Origin: Spirochaetia bacterium
GTDB taxonomy: Bacteria; Spirochaetota; Spirochaetia; CADAEX01
Direction: 5' to 3'
Assembly: GCA_963662265.2 (NCBI GenBank)
Contig: CAXXHA010000010.1
Span: forward strand, 256,001 to 320,000
DNA: 64,000 nucleotides
In this document: in pieces, positions 19,090 to 29,482 of the stretch
Position numbering within the stretch: position 1 is the stretch's first letter
Layout of the letters: every line of letters starts with the position of its first letter
Program-made: the position numbers and the translations under genes
Notes under the pieces: generated by a model
What the model saw: the letters and a program-made list of their open reading frames with translations, nothing else
The model's database searches: none
Told to the model about the DNA's origin: nothing

Positions 19090-21042
19090 TTAATCAATTT
19101 TGAAAAAGTCTATAACTCTTATCAGTTCCTTTGCTTCATTGGTAAGCTCTCCCGATGTGCCGGAAAGTTCTTCAGAGGCTGCCGCATTCTGCTGAATAAC
19201 ATTATCAAGTTCAATGAGAGCCCTGTTAATCTGTTCAACTCCTGTTGTCTGCTCTCCGCTTGCAGAGCTTATTTCCTGTACAAGCTCTGAAGTCTTTTCT
19301 ATTTCAGGAACAAGTGCCATCAGAAGATCGCTGCTTTCCTTTGCTGTTCCCATTGTCTGGGTTGAAAGCTCTGTTATCTCACTTGCAGCTACCTGGCTTC
19401 TTTCAGCAAGCTTCCTGACTTCAGATGCAACAACAGCAAACCCCTTACCGTGCTCCCCGGCTCTTGCAGCTTCTATAGCGGCATTGAGGGCAAGCATGTT
19501 TGTCTGCCTGGCAATATCTTCAATAATTGAAATCTTCTCAACTATATCCTGCATTGCTTCAAGAGACTTTCCAAGCTGAGTTGCGTTACCAGCCGCATCA
19601 ACCGCAACTTTCTTGGCTATATCGCCTGTTGTCCTGGAATTGTCCGCATTCTGCTTAATCGAAGCATTCATCTCTTCCATTGAAGCTGATACCTCTTCAG
19701 AGGAGGATGCCTGCTCAGAGGCTCCTGTTGCTATCTGCTGAGAGGAACCGTTTATCTGTTCACTGCTTGTGGAAAGCCTTTCTCCCGCCTCTTTTATCCG
19801 GCTTACTATACTTCTGAGAGAATCAAGCATGGTATTGAGAGATCTTCCCAGTTCCCCGAACTCATCCTTCTTCCTGAGGAATTCCTCAGGCGGATCAAAG
19901 GTAAGGTCTCCGTTTGCAATGTGAGAAGCAAGAGATACTGCATCGCCGATAGGCTTTATTGTCCTGCTTATGAAAAAGAAAATCAGGACTGATACTACTG
20001 CCAGTATGATTAGGCTGACAATAATAAACTGTGCAAGCTGCTGTCTTACAGGGGCCATGATCCGGTCTTTGTTTACAACAAGAAATACCGGCCATCCAGT
20101 CTGCTCAATTACTTCAGGGAATATAATATAGTTTTTGCCGTCATCTCCATGATATTCAATTGTCTCCCTGCTACCCGCTTTAACACCTTCAAAAGCACTC
20201 TTCAGTTCATCAGGAAAGACATCGCTTTCAAGTATATTGCCTTTAAGAATAAGTTCCTTATCCGGGTGGGCAATTACTGTACCGTCTGTATCTACAAGGT
20301 ATGCAAAACTGTCATCATGAAGCTTCAATGAATCCACAAGCTGGAGGATTATGTCTATGGACAGGTCAATTGCGGTCACACCGAGAAGTATCCCGTTGTC
20401 CCTTACAGGAGTAATCGGGCTGACAACAACTGTCCCGGTAATCCCGTCAATATAGGGACTTGTAATTGATGTATAATCCTTTTCTATTGCTCCGGAATAC
20501 CATGGCCTGTTTCTGAGAAAATAATACCTGTCTCCGGCATAATCCTCAGGATCAGCAATAAAGTCCTGAGTCTTTTCAAAACCGACATATGTGAGCATGA
20601 TGGAATCGTCACTCTTCTTTATATTCCGGAATGTTTCAACCGCGTTATAATAAAGTCCCATTATTTCAGGATCCCTCTCCATATCAGGGGTGGCAACTTT
20701 AATTGTTGATGCAAGCTTCTTGATATGATCCGGAAGAGAATCATATTCAGTATCTATCGGGGATTCATAGAAATACTCTCTGTATTCCTTCTTTCTCATC
20801 AGATCAATTATCCATTGATTTTTAGACATGCTGTCCGGTATTGCCATCTTCCTGGCAAGAAACCCTTCAACATTATTTACAGTTGCCTCAAGTGTTGCAG
20901 ATGCCTCACTGAATGTGGATTCAAGGAGAGTTTTGCTGAAATTCGTGAAAGTGATATACCCGTTCACAACAAAAAGGAAAATTACAGTCAAAAGAACAAT
21001 AAATGTTATTTTAAGTTTCAGTGAATTTAAATTGATCTTCAT
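19090..21042 (-). CDS. Methyl-accepting chemotaxis protein (dCache-HAMP-MA)
   Basis: Two TM helices; Cache motifs RPWY and SPYIDGITG; [40 protein letters not shown]. Confidence 0.97.
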   Translation of the reverse strand: MKINLNSLKLKITFIVLLTVIFLFVVNGYITFTNFSKTLLESTFSEASATLEATVNNVEGFLARKMAIPDSMSKNQWIIDLMRKKEYREYFYESPIDTEYDSLPDHIKKLASTIKVATPDMERDPEIMGLYYNAVETFRNIKKSDDSIMLTYVGFEKTQDFIADPEDYAGDRYYFLRNRPWYSGAIEKDYTSITSPYIDGITGTVVVSPITPVRDNGILLGVTAIDLSIDIILQLVDSLKLHDDSFAYLVDTDGTVIAHPDKELILKGNILESDVFPDELKSAFEGVKAGSRETIEYHGDDGKNYIIFPEVIEQTGWPVFLVVNKDRIMAPVRQQLAQFIIVSLIILAVVSVLIFFFISRTIKPIGDAVSLASHIANGDLTFDPPEEFLRKKDEFGELGRSLNTMLDSLRSIVSRIKEAGERLSTSSEQINGSSQQIATGASEQASSSEEVSASMEEMNASIKQNADNSRTTGDIAKKVAVDAAGNATQLGKSLEAMQDIVEKISIIEDIARQTNMLALNAAIEAARAGEHGKGFAVVASEVRKLAERSQVAASEITELSTQTMGTAKESSDLLMALVPEIEKTSELVQEISSASGEQTTGVEQINRALIELDNVIQQNAAASEELSGTSGELTNEAKELIRVIDFFKID

Positions 21043-21261
21043 GTTAAACCTCTCATGTTATTTCTATTCTGATTCCAGCAAAAATAAATTGAACAAACAG
21101 CCTGAAGCATCAAATTCCGGTAAATAACTTAAAATAATTTTTTTCCTTTTTTAATTGATTATTTAAAAATGAAATCAGAATTAATATTATATAATAATGA
21201 TAACTCACGGTGGGAACAAAAACAAATACAATATTCAGATTTTTATATTAACGGTTTTTTT

Positions 21262-24066
21262 TCAGAAACCTTTCCGCTCCATTTTTCCCCAGCCGGAAAC
21301 ATTTCTCAGGCTGCTGATATATCCCTTGAGCCGGACAAGACCCAGCACCTGCCTGAAACCGAAATTCTCAAGGAAAGCATAGAAAACAAGGATTATCTTA
21401 TCAGAAATGCTGTAATACCTGGCCCTGTATTCCGCAATAAACAATGAACAGAGAGAAACAAAAATTCCAAGAAGAACAGAAGCTGAGAATATTACAGCAA
21501 TGGATGGAAGCTGAAGAGAATCTGAAAGAACAGCAATAAGGAAAACTGCAGCCCCCTGCACTTCAAACCAAGGTCCCATCATTTCAAAGAAGAAGAAGTA
21601 CGGGAATGCAATAACACCAGCAGCCCCGTATGAGCGGTTGAAAAACATCTTGAAATGATAGCTCATTATATCAATAAGACCGCGCTGCCACCTGTCACGC
21701 TGACGTACCAGCACTTTCCAGCTTTCAGGAACTTCTGTCCAGCAGTTTGCATTGTAAATATATTTAATATCATAATCCCTTTTCTGCTCATTCAGCATCC
21801 TGGTTATCCGGACAACAAGCTCCATATCCTCGCCCACTGTATCTTTTTCAAAAAACTCACTGCCGGTAAGATATCCATGGACATCTATTACCCTGTTTCT
21901 CTTAAAAACACCGAAAGCACCGGATATTATAAGCAGTGCAATTTCAGACCAGCCAACTCTTCCTGCCATGAAAGACCTTATATATTCTACAGTCTGAAAT
22001 TTGACAAGAGGGGATTTCCCAAGCCTTATCCTGCTTATGAATCCGTTTTCCACAGTGCAACCGTTTACCGGGAATATATTGCCGCCTGCCGCAACAACCT
22101 CTTTGTCAGAATCGAGGAAGCTGCCCATTATTCTTAACAGGGCATCCCGTTCAAGGAGTGAATCTGAATCTATACCGACAAAATATTCACCGGAGGCAGC
22201 ATTGATACCGCAGTTAAGGGAATCCGCTTTTCCCCCGTTGATTTTATCAACAAGCAGAAGTTCAGGATATTTTTTCCCCTTGTAAAGTGCCCTGATACCC
22301 CTGGTTTTCAGGGATTCCATCACAGCAATATCTGTTTTTTCAAGTTCAAAATAATCTATCACTTTTTTAAGCGTGTTGTCTTTCGAACCGTCATTGACAA
22401 CAATAAGCTCATATTCGGGATACCTGAGATTCAGAAGAGAGTTAATACTTTCTATAATTGTATTCTCCTCGTTGAAAGCAGGAGCTATTATTGAAAGGGA
22501 GGGAAGTATGTTTTCCCTGAAAAGAAAGGAAAGCTGTTTTAGTTCCTGGTACCGGGCCTGTTTTACAACCCCTTTGAATGAGAATAAGAGCACTATGAGA
22601 TATATACTGTTAAGAGATACTGAATACACAGCAAACAGCCAGCTGAAAAAAGCAGAATAATTCCGAAAATGGAATTCAAAAGGATAACGCCCCTCCCAGA
22701 AATGGTGAAAGATCATATACAGAATTGGAGTTGTTACAAATGTAAGAATCAGGGCTGTATAAAGGAATTTCAGGCGGCTCTCTTCTCTGCTCTTTTTCTT
22801 CCTCTCCTTGAAATTTCTCCGCTTGAGTCCGGCCTTTATAATGAGTCTTTCATCGAGATAAAACTCAAAATCCCGTTTCAGTTCAGGGTTGTCAACACTG
22901 TTGAGTACTGAAATTATCTCATCCTCAAGCTCCCGGTTGCTGTTCTTGTTCATAAAATTAATAAGACTGCTGACTTTTTTTCTGTAGACAAGTTTCTTGA
23001 CAATAATATCTATCCTGCTTTTATCAACAGCAAGAAGAGATTCAAGAACATACTCAAGCCGGTTTGATATTACATCAAGCAGCCCTTCTGAAATTTCCTC
23101 ACTGATATCATTGAAAAAATACTCTGTTATGACTTTAAAATACTGGGGAGATTTCTTGATAATATTGGAAAGCGCAACAACTGCGTTTTCCTGGACACAG
23201 CAGTCGGAAAGATATTTTATCAGAACTCCAACATTTTTCAGGTCCGGTTTTTCTGAAAGAGACTCGACAGCAAGCTTCCTGATTTCAAGATCGCTGTTAT
23301 CCAGGTAGTTGTTAATATCTATAGCGGAAATATATTTTCTTGTAGCAGTTTCAAAAGCCATTCGTGATACGTGAATATCATCGGAATTTATTTTTTCAAT
23401 AACATAATCTTCAAAAAGGAATGAAGGATAATACGACGCGTAACTCAAAAGAAGAAACTGGATTTCCTTTTCAGGCCTGTTTTTAAGGATTTCAAAATAA
23501 TCAAGAAACCCGTCTTCAAAACCTGAAATAACACTTCGTATTTTTTCCTGCATCTTTTCAGGGACATCTCTGAGACTGTCAATAATCGAGGGGATAACTG
23601 CAGAGTCTTTCTGTTCGACAAGAGAATTAATAATGTAAAGCTTGCGGGCACTGCTTTTTTCCCTGAGAAGGGACAGCATGAGGGCATTTACAGCTTTTGG
23701 AGATTTTACATATCCAAGGCATACAGCTGCATAAGTTTTCCTGTAGCCCCGGCCCCGCATCAGCATCTTGAGAAGCCTGTTGACTATCCCCCATTTTTCA
23801 AGCAATTCAGATATTTCAACTTCAACACCGGAAGGAAAATCAACTGACTGCTTAAGCTCCATATATTCCTTCAGAATAATTTTCCAGTTTTGTTTCCTTA
23901 ATATTAATCCGGTATCCCTGTTGTTTATTTTTCCGCTGAAATATTCCCTTATACTGCTTCTTTTCTTCATATTCAGTCTCTTTGAAACAAAGAGAATTAC
24001 AAGCATCAGGACAGCGGCCGCATCAAGAAATAAAACTGTAAAAAAAATCAGGTATAACTGGGACAA
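21262..24066 (-). CDS. Processive GT2 polysaccharide synthase fused to N-terminal HEAT repeats
   Basis: PAFNEE, NDGSKD, NGGKADSLN, DSD, GED and QRDRW (QxxRW) motifs with flanking TM helices; HEAT-like repeats (AAVCLG, LAVESLS, AVVALS). Confidence 0.92.
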   Translation of the reverse strand: MSQLYLIFFTVLFLDAAAVLMLVILFVSKRLNMKKRSSIREYFSGKINNRDTGLILRKQNWKIILKEYMELKQSVDFPSGVEVEISELLEKWGIVNRLLKMLMRGRGYRKTYAAVCLGYVKSPKAVNALMLSLLREKSSARKLYIINSLVEQKDSAVIPSIIDSLRDVPEKMQEKIRSVISGFEDGFLDYFEILKNRPEKEIQFLLLSYASYYPSFLFEDYVIEKINSDDIHVSRMAFETATRKYISAIDINNYLDNSDLEIRKLAVESLSEKPDLKNVGVLIKYLSDCCVQENAVVALSNIIKKSPQYFKVITEYFFNDISEEISEGLLDVISNRLEYVLESLLAVDKSRIDIIVKKLVYRKKVSSLINFMNKNSNRELEDEIISVLNSVDNPELKRDFEFYLDERLIIKAGLKRRNFKERKKKSREESRLKFLYTALILTFVTTPILYMIFHHFWEGRYPFEFHFRNYSAFFSWLFAVYSVSLNSIYLIVLLFSFKGVVKQARYQELKQLSFLFRENILPSLSIIAPAFNEENTIIESINSLLNLRYPEYELIVVNDGSKDNTLKKVIDYFELEKTDIAVMESLKTRGIRALYKGKKYPELLLVDKINGGKADSLNCGINAASGEYFVGIDSDSLLERDALLRIMGSFLDSDKEVVAAGGNIFPVNGCTVENGFISRIRLGKSPLVKFQTVEYIRSFMAGRVGWSEIALLIISGAFGVFKRNRVIDVHGYLTGSEFFEKDTVGEDMELVVRITRMLNEQKRDYDIKYIYNANCWTEVPESWKVLVRQRDRWQRGLIDIMSYHFKMFFNRSYGAAGVIAFPYFFFFEMMGPWFEVQGAAVFLIAVLSDSLQLPSIAVIFSASVLLGIFVSLCSLFIAEYRARYYSISDKIILVFYAFLENFGFRQVLGLVRLKGYISSLRNVSGWGKMERKGF

Positions 24067-24068
24067 AA

Positions 24069-26156
24069 CTAATCCGCCTCTTTCCTTGAAAGATTTTCCA
24101 GCAGTCCGGAGACTTCTGTTATGGAATAAGGCTTTCTGAAATAATAGAGGATATTAAGCTTAATTGCTTTTTCTATATATTCCTCATTTTTCTTGTGTGA
24201 TGTAAAAATAAAAGGAATATTATTCAAAGTGGAATCTGACAGCATACTCTCCTTGATTGCAAAACCGTTTATGCCGGGAACCATTGTTTCACAGATAATT
24301 GCAAGAGGCCTTGTCTTTTTTATGAAGCGAATAGCATCATTGCCGTTATTAAGAATCCTGCTGTTGAATCCCATTTCCCTGAGCCGCCCGGTAAGAAGTT
24401 CAACATATTTCACATCAGGATCAATAATAACCACAGGGTCAGTCAGCCTGGTAAATTCACCGCTTTCCTCTGATTTATCACAGAGTGTATTGCCTCCCCC
24501 TTTTTTTGCTGTGTGAATTCTGGAATAACCTGTATCAATAATCTTGTTTATTATCTCTTCGGGAGGCATTGTATCGTTGAAATATTCATGCATATAAATT
24601 ATTCCGATTGAAGATGTAATTTCTTCAAGGAATGAAGTTGATTCAGCAATCTCCCGCCTGATATGGTCGGCTGTTTCAAGAGCAAACTGGACTGTACAGT
24701 CGGGAATATAATAAGCGAAGGCTGCGCTCCCCAGCTTGAAAAGGTAATGGGTTACCCTGCTGTAATCTGCAGATATGAAATTCTTTATAAGGAATGAAAC
24801 ACCTCGCAGCGCTTCATCGCCCCCTTCCCTCCCGTGACGGGCATTAATATCCATGATGTTATCAACACCGATAAAAAAAACAGCACTGTTTGTTTCTGTT
24901 TCAAGAGCTCCGGTAATTTCCTTTACCATATAGTTCCTGAAAAACATCTCATTCCTGAGACCGGTAACAGGGCATTTGGTAAGAGAGTCTTCTGTTTCCT
25001 CCAGCTCTCTCCTCATCCTGTTTTTTGTACCGTGAAGACGGACAGCTTCTTTATCAAGTGCAACATCTTTCGATTTCAGGTTAATCAGTATCCTTTTAAA
25101 TGCTGCCGGATACCTGATTGAATACTGCCTCGAAAATTTCCTTACAAGGGTTTCAATCATACTCAGATATTCCATCCCCTTGCTGTCGAGAATTACCTGG
25201 AAAAGCTTTTCCCATAAAGACTCGCCGTCAATTTTCAAGCTTATATCTGAAAGGGATGAAGTTTCTGAACTTATATTTTTTTTACTGCCTGTGCTGATTA
25301 TGCGGCATTTAGAATTTATATGAATACCGCCGCTTTCAAGCATGGCATCAATCTCATCAAATCCGTACAGAGAGACAAGCCGCTCTATAACCTCTTCACA
25401 GAGAGTTATATAATCCTGCGAGCCGTCAAATTTCATCCGCTCAACATTTTTAAAGCTTCCGCATTCAATTCTGCTTATTTTATTATAAAAAAATGAAAAA
25501 TCATTTTTTATGATCCCGCCTCTTGCCGGCGCTATCATGTCAACTTTAAGCTGCTTGATTTTTTCGACTGCGGAATTTACAAGATCTGTATTTGAAAAAA
25601 AATGCTCATGATAACTCTTCATCATTCCGTAATTTTCTTTTTCCATGTACAGATTATTCTCAAAGGAAAAGCTGCTGAACATGGAGGAGGAAAAAAGGAT
25701 TTTCTGCTTTACCAGGTAAAGATGAATCTCTTCAGGGGAATAAAGGTTTGAAGCAGGAAGAAAAAGCAGTTTCTCCCTGTTGGCAGTATCATATTCCCAC
25801 CTGTTTTCATTAATCACAAAAAAGTCGCATTCTGGATAGCATTTTGATAATGTATTGTACCCTCTCCAGTGAAGTGCAACTTCTGCTTTTTTCACTTCGT
25901 TCAAAAAGAGAGGAAGAGAGGAACTCATGTCAGGGGATACTGTTGTAAGAACAATTAAAGATATTTTCTGTATATCAGTCAGGGATTCAATACTGTCTCT
26001 GACAGATTCAAAGCTGCTGTAGGGGCCGGGATTTATAAGAATGAACTCTTTTCCGCATTCAACAAGAAAAATATTGGGAACAAGACTTTCACTACTCCCG
26101 TTATTCACCCCGATCCTGTAGACTGAATCGGAAATTCTGAAAACAGCTTTATTCAA
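24069..26156 (-). CDS. MBL/ODP-fold + GGDEF-like + receiver domain protein (all three degenerate)
   Basis: ILINPG and KILFSSSMF (MBL/flavodiiron-like); PVTGLRN..INARHGREGGDEAL (GGDEF scaffold); C-terminal REC ending YFRKPYS; TTG start. Confidence 0.8.
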   Translation of the reverse strand: MNKAVFRISDSVYRIGVNNGSSESLVPNIFLVECGKEFILINPGPYSSFESVRDSIESLTDIQKISLIVLTTVSPDMSSSLPLFLNEVKKAEVALHWRGYNTLSKCYPECDFFVINENRWEYDTANREKLLFLPASNLYSPEEIHLYLVKQKILFSSSMFSSFSFENNLYMEKENYGMMKSYHEHFFSNTDLVNSAVEKIKQLKVDMIAPARGGIIKNDFSFFYNKISRIECGSFKNVERMKFDGSQDYITLCEEVIERLVSLYGFDEIDAMLESGGIHINSKCRIISTGSKKNISSETSSLSDISLKIDGESLWEKLFQVILDSKGMEYLSMIETLVRKFSRQYSIRYPAAFKRILINLKSKDVALDKEAVRLHGTKNRMRRELEETEDSLTKCPVTGLRNEMFFRNYMVKEITGALETETNSAVFFIGVDNIMDINARHGREGGDEALRGVSFLIKNFISADYSRVTHYLFKLGSAAFAYYIPDCTVQFALETADHIRREIAESTSFLEEITSSIGIIYMHEYFNDTMPPEEIINKIIDTGYSRIHTAKKGGGNTLCDKSEESGEFTRLTDPVVIIDPDVKYVELLTGRLREMGFNSRILNNGNDAIRFIKKTRPLAIICETMVPGINGFAIKESMLSDSTLNNIPFIFTSHKKNEEYIEKAIKLNILYYFRKPYSITEVSGLLENLSRKEAD

Positions 26157-26238
26157 AAGAATACTCCTGGTATTGGTAAGAACCTGCTGAAATCACTTTT
26201 TTTATGGAATATACCGAGGTCCGCTTAAATTATCGGTG

Positions 26239-28023
26239 TCAACGTGTCTCATTATTATAAATTCTGACTCTTCTGCCCTTTATTTCCGCTTTATAGCCGG
26301 GAATTACCCCGTTTACATCAGAAACAGCAATCTCTGAATTTTCAAATCCCGAGACAATAAATCCGGCAGAATGATCAAAATCATCATTATCAATTTTTAT
26401 TGTAATTTTTCCGGCTGCTTCAAGAATTCTGAATTCGAGATGAGATCTCTTACGCCAGAATTCCCCGAATTCTGTCAGGTTTCCCATCCACCCGTCCTGT
26501 TTATCTACATATTTCATCAGCCTTTCCTGGGCAACAAGCTTGTGGTTACTGTCCCTTGTATCGGAAGGATGCACTAAAAGAACAGTTACAGCAGAGTTGT
26601 CGCTGTTCAGTTTTACAACACGCTTCCAGACAGTCACAGCCTTATCAACCGTATCAGGTGTAAGATAACCAAGAGAATCATCAAGAGTGACAGGTATTTC
26701 AATGATATCTGTCTCGGGAGATCCCGGCTGTCTCTCCCTGAACGCATAGTAGGGAAAAGAGGTGAGTACATCGTTTGATGAAAAAGTAGAATCATAGAGA
26801 TACCCGTATTCCTCAAGAACCTTTATAAGTGAGCTGTGGTATTCAAGGTCTCCTGCCCTGAAGCTTATTGTATCCTGCCCCGAAATATCCCTGTCCAGGA
26901 GCTCCTTGCTAACCGCGACCTCTCCCCGCAGGGTTTTTCTCTTCAGAGGATCATATGTGGCAAAGGTGACATCTTTTTCACCCATTTCCGCCTTCGAAAG
27001 CTTTTTGTAGTGGGAGACAGTGTGTGACCCGATATCCCATCCCATCTTTTTCAGTTTCCTGATAGCATCAACATTTTCCCCAATATTGTAATAATCAATA
27101 TCAAGGTAATCGGTAAAATACTTTGTATTTTCAAAGAAAGTACTTGTTACTCCATATTTTTTTTCTAGCGCGGCATATTTAAGAGAATCGACAAACGAGG
27201 TCTGTGCATCGACATCATGGCTCAGAACCAGTACCGGATTTTTAAGATGAGGAGTTGTTCCGATTATCAGACTTTTTCTGCTGTAGTTCTGGTAGAGGGC
27301 CTTCATTATAAGCATTATCGCATCGGCGGAAGGTTCAAAGGAATTAACATATTTCCTCTGCGCCTCAAAATCATCCCCCACCTGGGGAAGCATTATTGCC
27401 TCAACAAAAGAAAGCCCCAGTAGATATGCAGTACCCCTTCCATAGATGTTTTTTATAAAAGCAGCTGATTTATCGCTGAATTCGCCAAGCACATCTGAAT
27501 AACCGTCAGCTTCATAGCCGTGGGACCATATCACCTCTTCATAAAATCTGTCCTCGCCGTTCCCGAGAGATATTGTCTTTTCCGCTTCATGGTCAATATA
27601 TTCAAACACAGGATCCCTGCCTTTGAAAGAAAGCCGGTACCTCTTTTTCGATGGTAAATAGTTTTTCACTCCGAACAGGGGATAAAGTCTCCTGGAAATC
27701 TGCCCTGCCGCAAAAAGAGTTCCCCCCCCTTCGACATAATCGTAGATAGTATTTATTATTTCTGATTTAATATTCTTTTCAATGAGCGGCCCTGAAACAT
27801 ATGCAACATCATAATCAAAAATATCCTCAATATCTTCAAGAATTCTGTATGGTATCCCCTGAATATCAAAAATCCTTCTCATTGCTGTAAATTCGGCAGA
27901 ATAACCCTTTAATGTACCGGGTTTGTAAAGTGCGGCTTTTACCGATTCTGTTACATCTTTTTCACAGTATGCTGCAGCAGATATGAACAGAAGGAAGAGA
28001 ACTGTAAAATTTCTTACTTTCAT
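26239..28023 (-). CDS. Secreted polysaccharide deacetylase (NodB/CE4-like) with N-terminal accessory domain
   Basis: Signal peptide; SHDVD, IGSHTVSH, FRAG, YDST, EIPVT and LVHP motifs. Confidence 0.85.
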   Translation of the reverse strand: MKVRNFTVLFLLFISAAAYCEKDVTESVKAALYKPGTLKGYSAEFTAMRRIFDIQGIPYRILEDIEDIFDYDVAYVSGPLIEKNIKSEIINTIYDYVEGGGTLFAAGQISRRLYPLFGVKNYLPSKKRYRLSFKGRDPVFEYIDHEAEKTISLGNGEDRFYEEVIWSHGYEADGYSDVLGEFSDKSAAFIKNIYGRGTAYLLGLSFVEAIMLPQVGDDFEAQRKYVNSFEPSADAIMLIMKALYQNYSRKSLIIGTTPHLKNPVLVLSHDVDAQTSFVDSLKYAALEKKYGVTSTFFENTKYFTDYLDIDYYNIGENVDAIRKLKKMGWDIGSHTVSHYKKLSKAEMGEKDVTFATYDPLKRKTLRGEVAVSKELLDRDISGQDTISFRAGDLEYHSSLIKVLEEYGYLYDSTFSSNDVLTSFPYYAFRERQPGSPETDIIEIPVTLDDSLGYLTPDTVDKAVTVWKRVVKLNSDNSAVTVLLVHPSDTRDSNHKLVAQERLMKYVDKQDGWMGNLTEFGEFWRKRSHLEFRILEAAGKITIKIDNDDFDHSAGFIVSGFENSEIAVSDVNGVIPGYKAEIKGRRVRIYNNETR

Positions 28024-28044
28024 AAAGTCTCTCCATATTAATTT

Positions 28045-29395
28045 TTATTCACTCCAGAATAATTTATCAGGATCGCTGTAAAGCTCACACGCTATGATAA
28101 ACCAGGCAGTTCCGGCAACAGAGGGATAATCACTGAAAAGATACGGGAGATTAACAGAAGAATAAACAAGTCCGCCGTCCACCGACATTTCTGTCATGTT
28201 CCTTATGATCTCGAGTCCTTTTTCAGGGCTTCCCCCCCTTATCCATGCGGCAGCTGCGCCAAGCGAACCTTCAGACCATACAACATTTATATCATCCCAT
28301 TCTGTGTTTTCAGAACCGTCAAACTGGTGCCTGTTTAGAGCCTTGTTCTCATAAACCGGTTCATTATAATAGGGGCCATACCCTTTATAACCGTTCCCTT
28401 CTGTCATGAAATTCCGGTCCATAGTCTCCAGAGCTGTCCTGGTTTTTCCTTTAGCCCCTATGCTTTCAAGAAACAGAGCGCCCCAGGAAGCGCCGTCCAG
28501 CGGAAGTGCGGTATCTCTTTTACCGTCTATTTTAATCCCCCGAATAAACTGGCCGGAGCTGTTATCCCAGAATGCTTTAAGAATTGATTTTTTCAGCAGC
28601 TCTCCCCTGTTGAGAAAAAAACCTGTCGCCTGTTACAAGGTAGAGGCTCTTCAGGAGAAAATAGATATCAATGTTATGTTCGACACTTACCCATCCGACA
28701 GGATCATAGTTGTAAACCTCTTCAATACTTTCTTTCTCGTTTGAATATTCTACCTTGTAAGTTCCCCTCCCTCCTGTGACAAGGCCGTAGCGGGAATCAT
28801 TTTTTTCACGCACCTGGTTTTCAAGGAGGTATTTAGCAATTCTTTCAGAAGCCTCTGTATACCGCCTGCCTGCTATGTCATCTTTATAGAAACGGCTCTC
28901 CTCTGTATTCCTGACAGAGACATAATGGGAAAGAGCATAACCTGCCCAGGCAAGGGCACCGCTTCTGATCATTGCCCCCTCATGATCGTTTTCATCAGGC
29001 CAGCTGTTATGTGTATTATACGAAAACCAGAGACTTCCGTTTTCCCGGACCAATCGTGAAAGGGAATTAAGTATTGATTCAGCTTCCCTGTATTTTCCCG
29101 CCATTGTAAAAGCGATTGCAGCAACAGCATTGTCATATGCAAAAGACCTTCTTGCCAGGTAGCGGTATGCGGGATCGTTTTCAGGTATTTTATAGCTGAG
29201 AATAAGTTTTCTCCTGTCGGGAGATGGATTTTCAACAACAGAATTTGGCACTATCTGTCTTTTAAGCCATCTCAGGGATTCTTCATATGCATTGTTGAGA
29301 TCTGTATTTTCCGGCTTGTTGAAGGGGGAATCAGCAGAAACAGGGACAACAGCTGCTGAAATAAGTAAAATAAAATACAATAATCTGTTTTTCAT
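28045..29395 (-). CDS. Secreted six-hairpin (alpha/alpha)6 glycosidase-like protein, frameshifted at the A7 tract 28615-28621
   Basis: Removing one base joins the two ORFs (..TGDRFF-LNRGELLKKSILKAFWD..LPLDGASWG..METMDRNF-like junction) into about 449 aa; YDNA, WVSVEHNID, VWSEGS and SVAGTAWF motifs. Confidence 0.65.
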
Positions 29396-29482
29396 AAAAT
29401 ACCTTACCGATAATTTGATAACTTAATTATTATATATTAAAAATAATAATAAACAGTTTTTTTTCAAGAAAATGAGGTTGCA

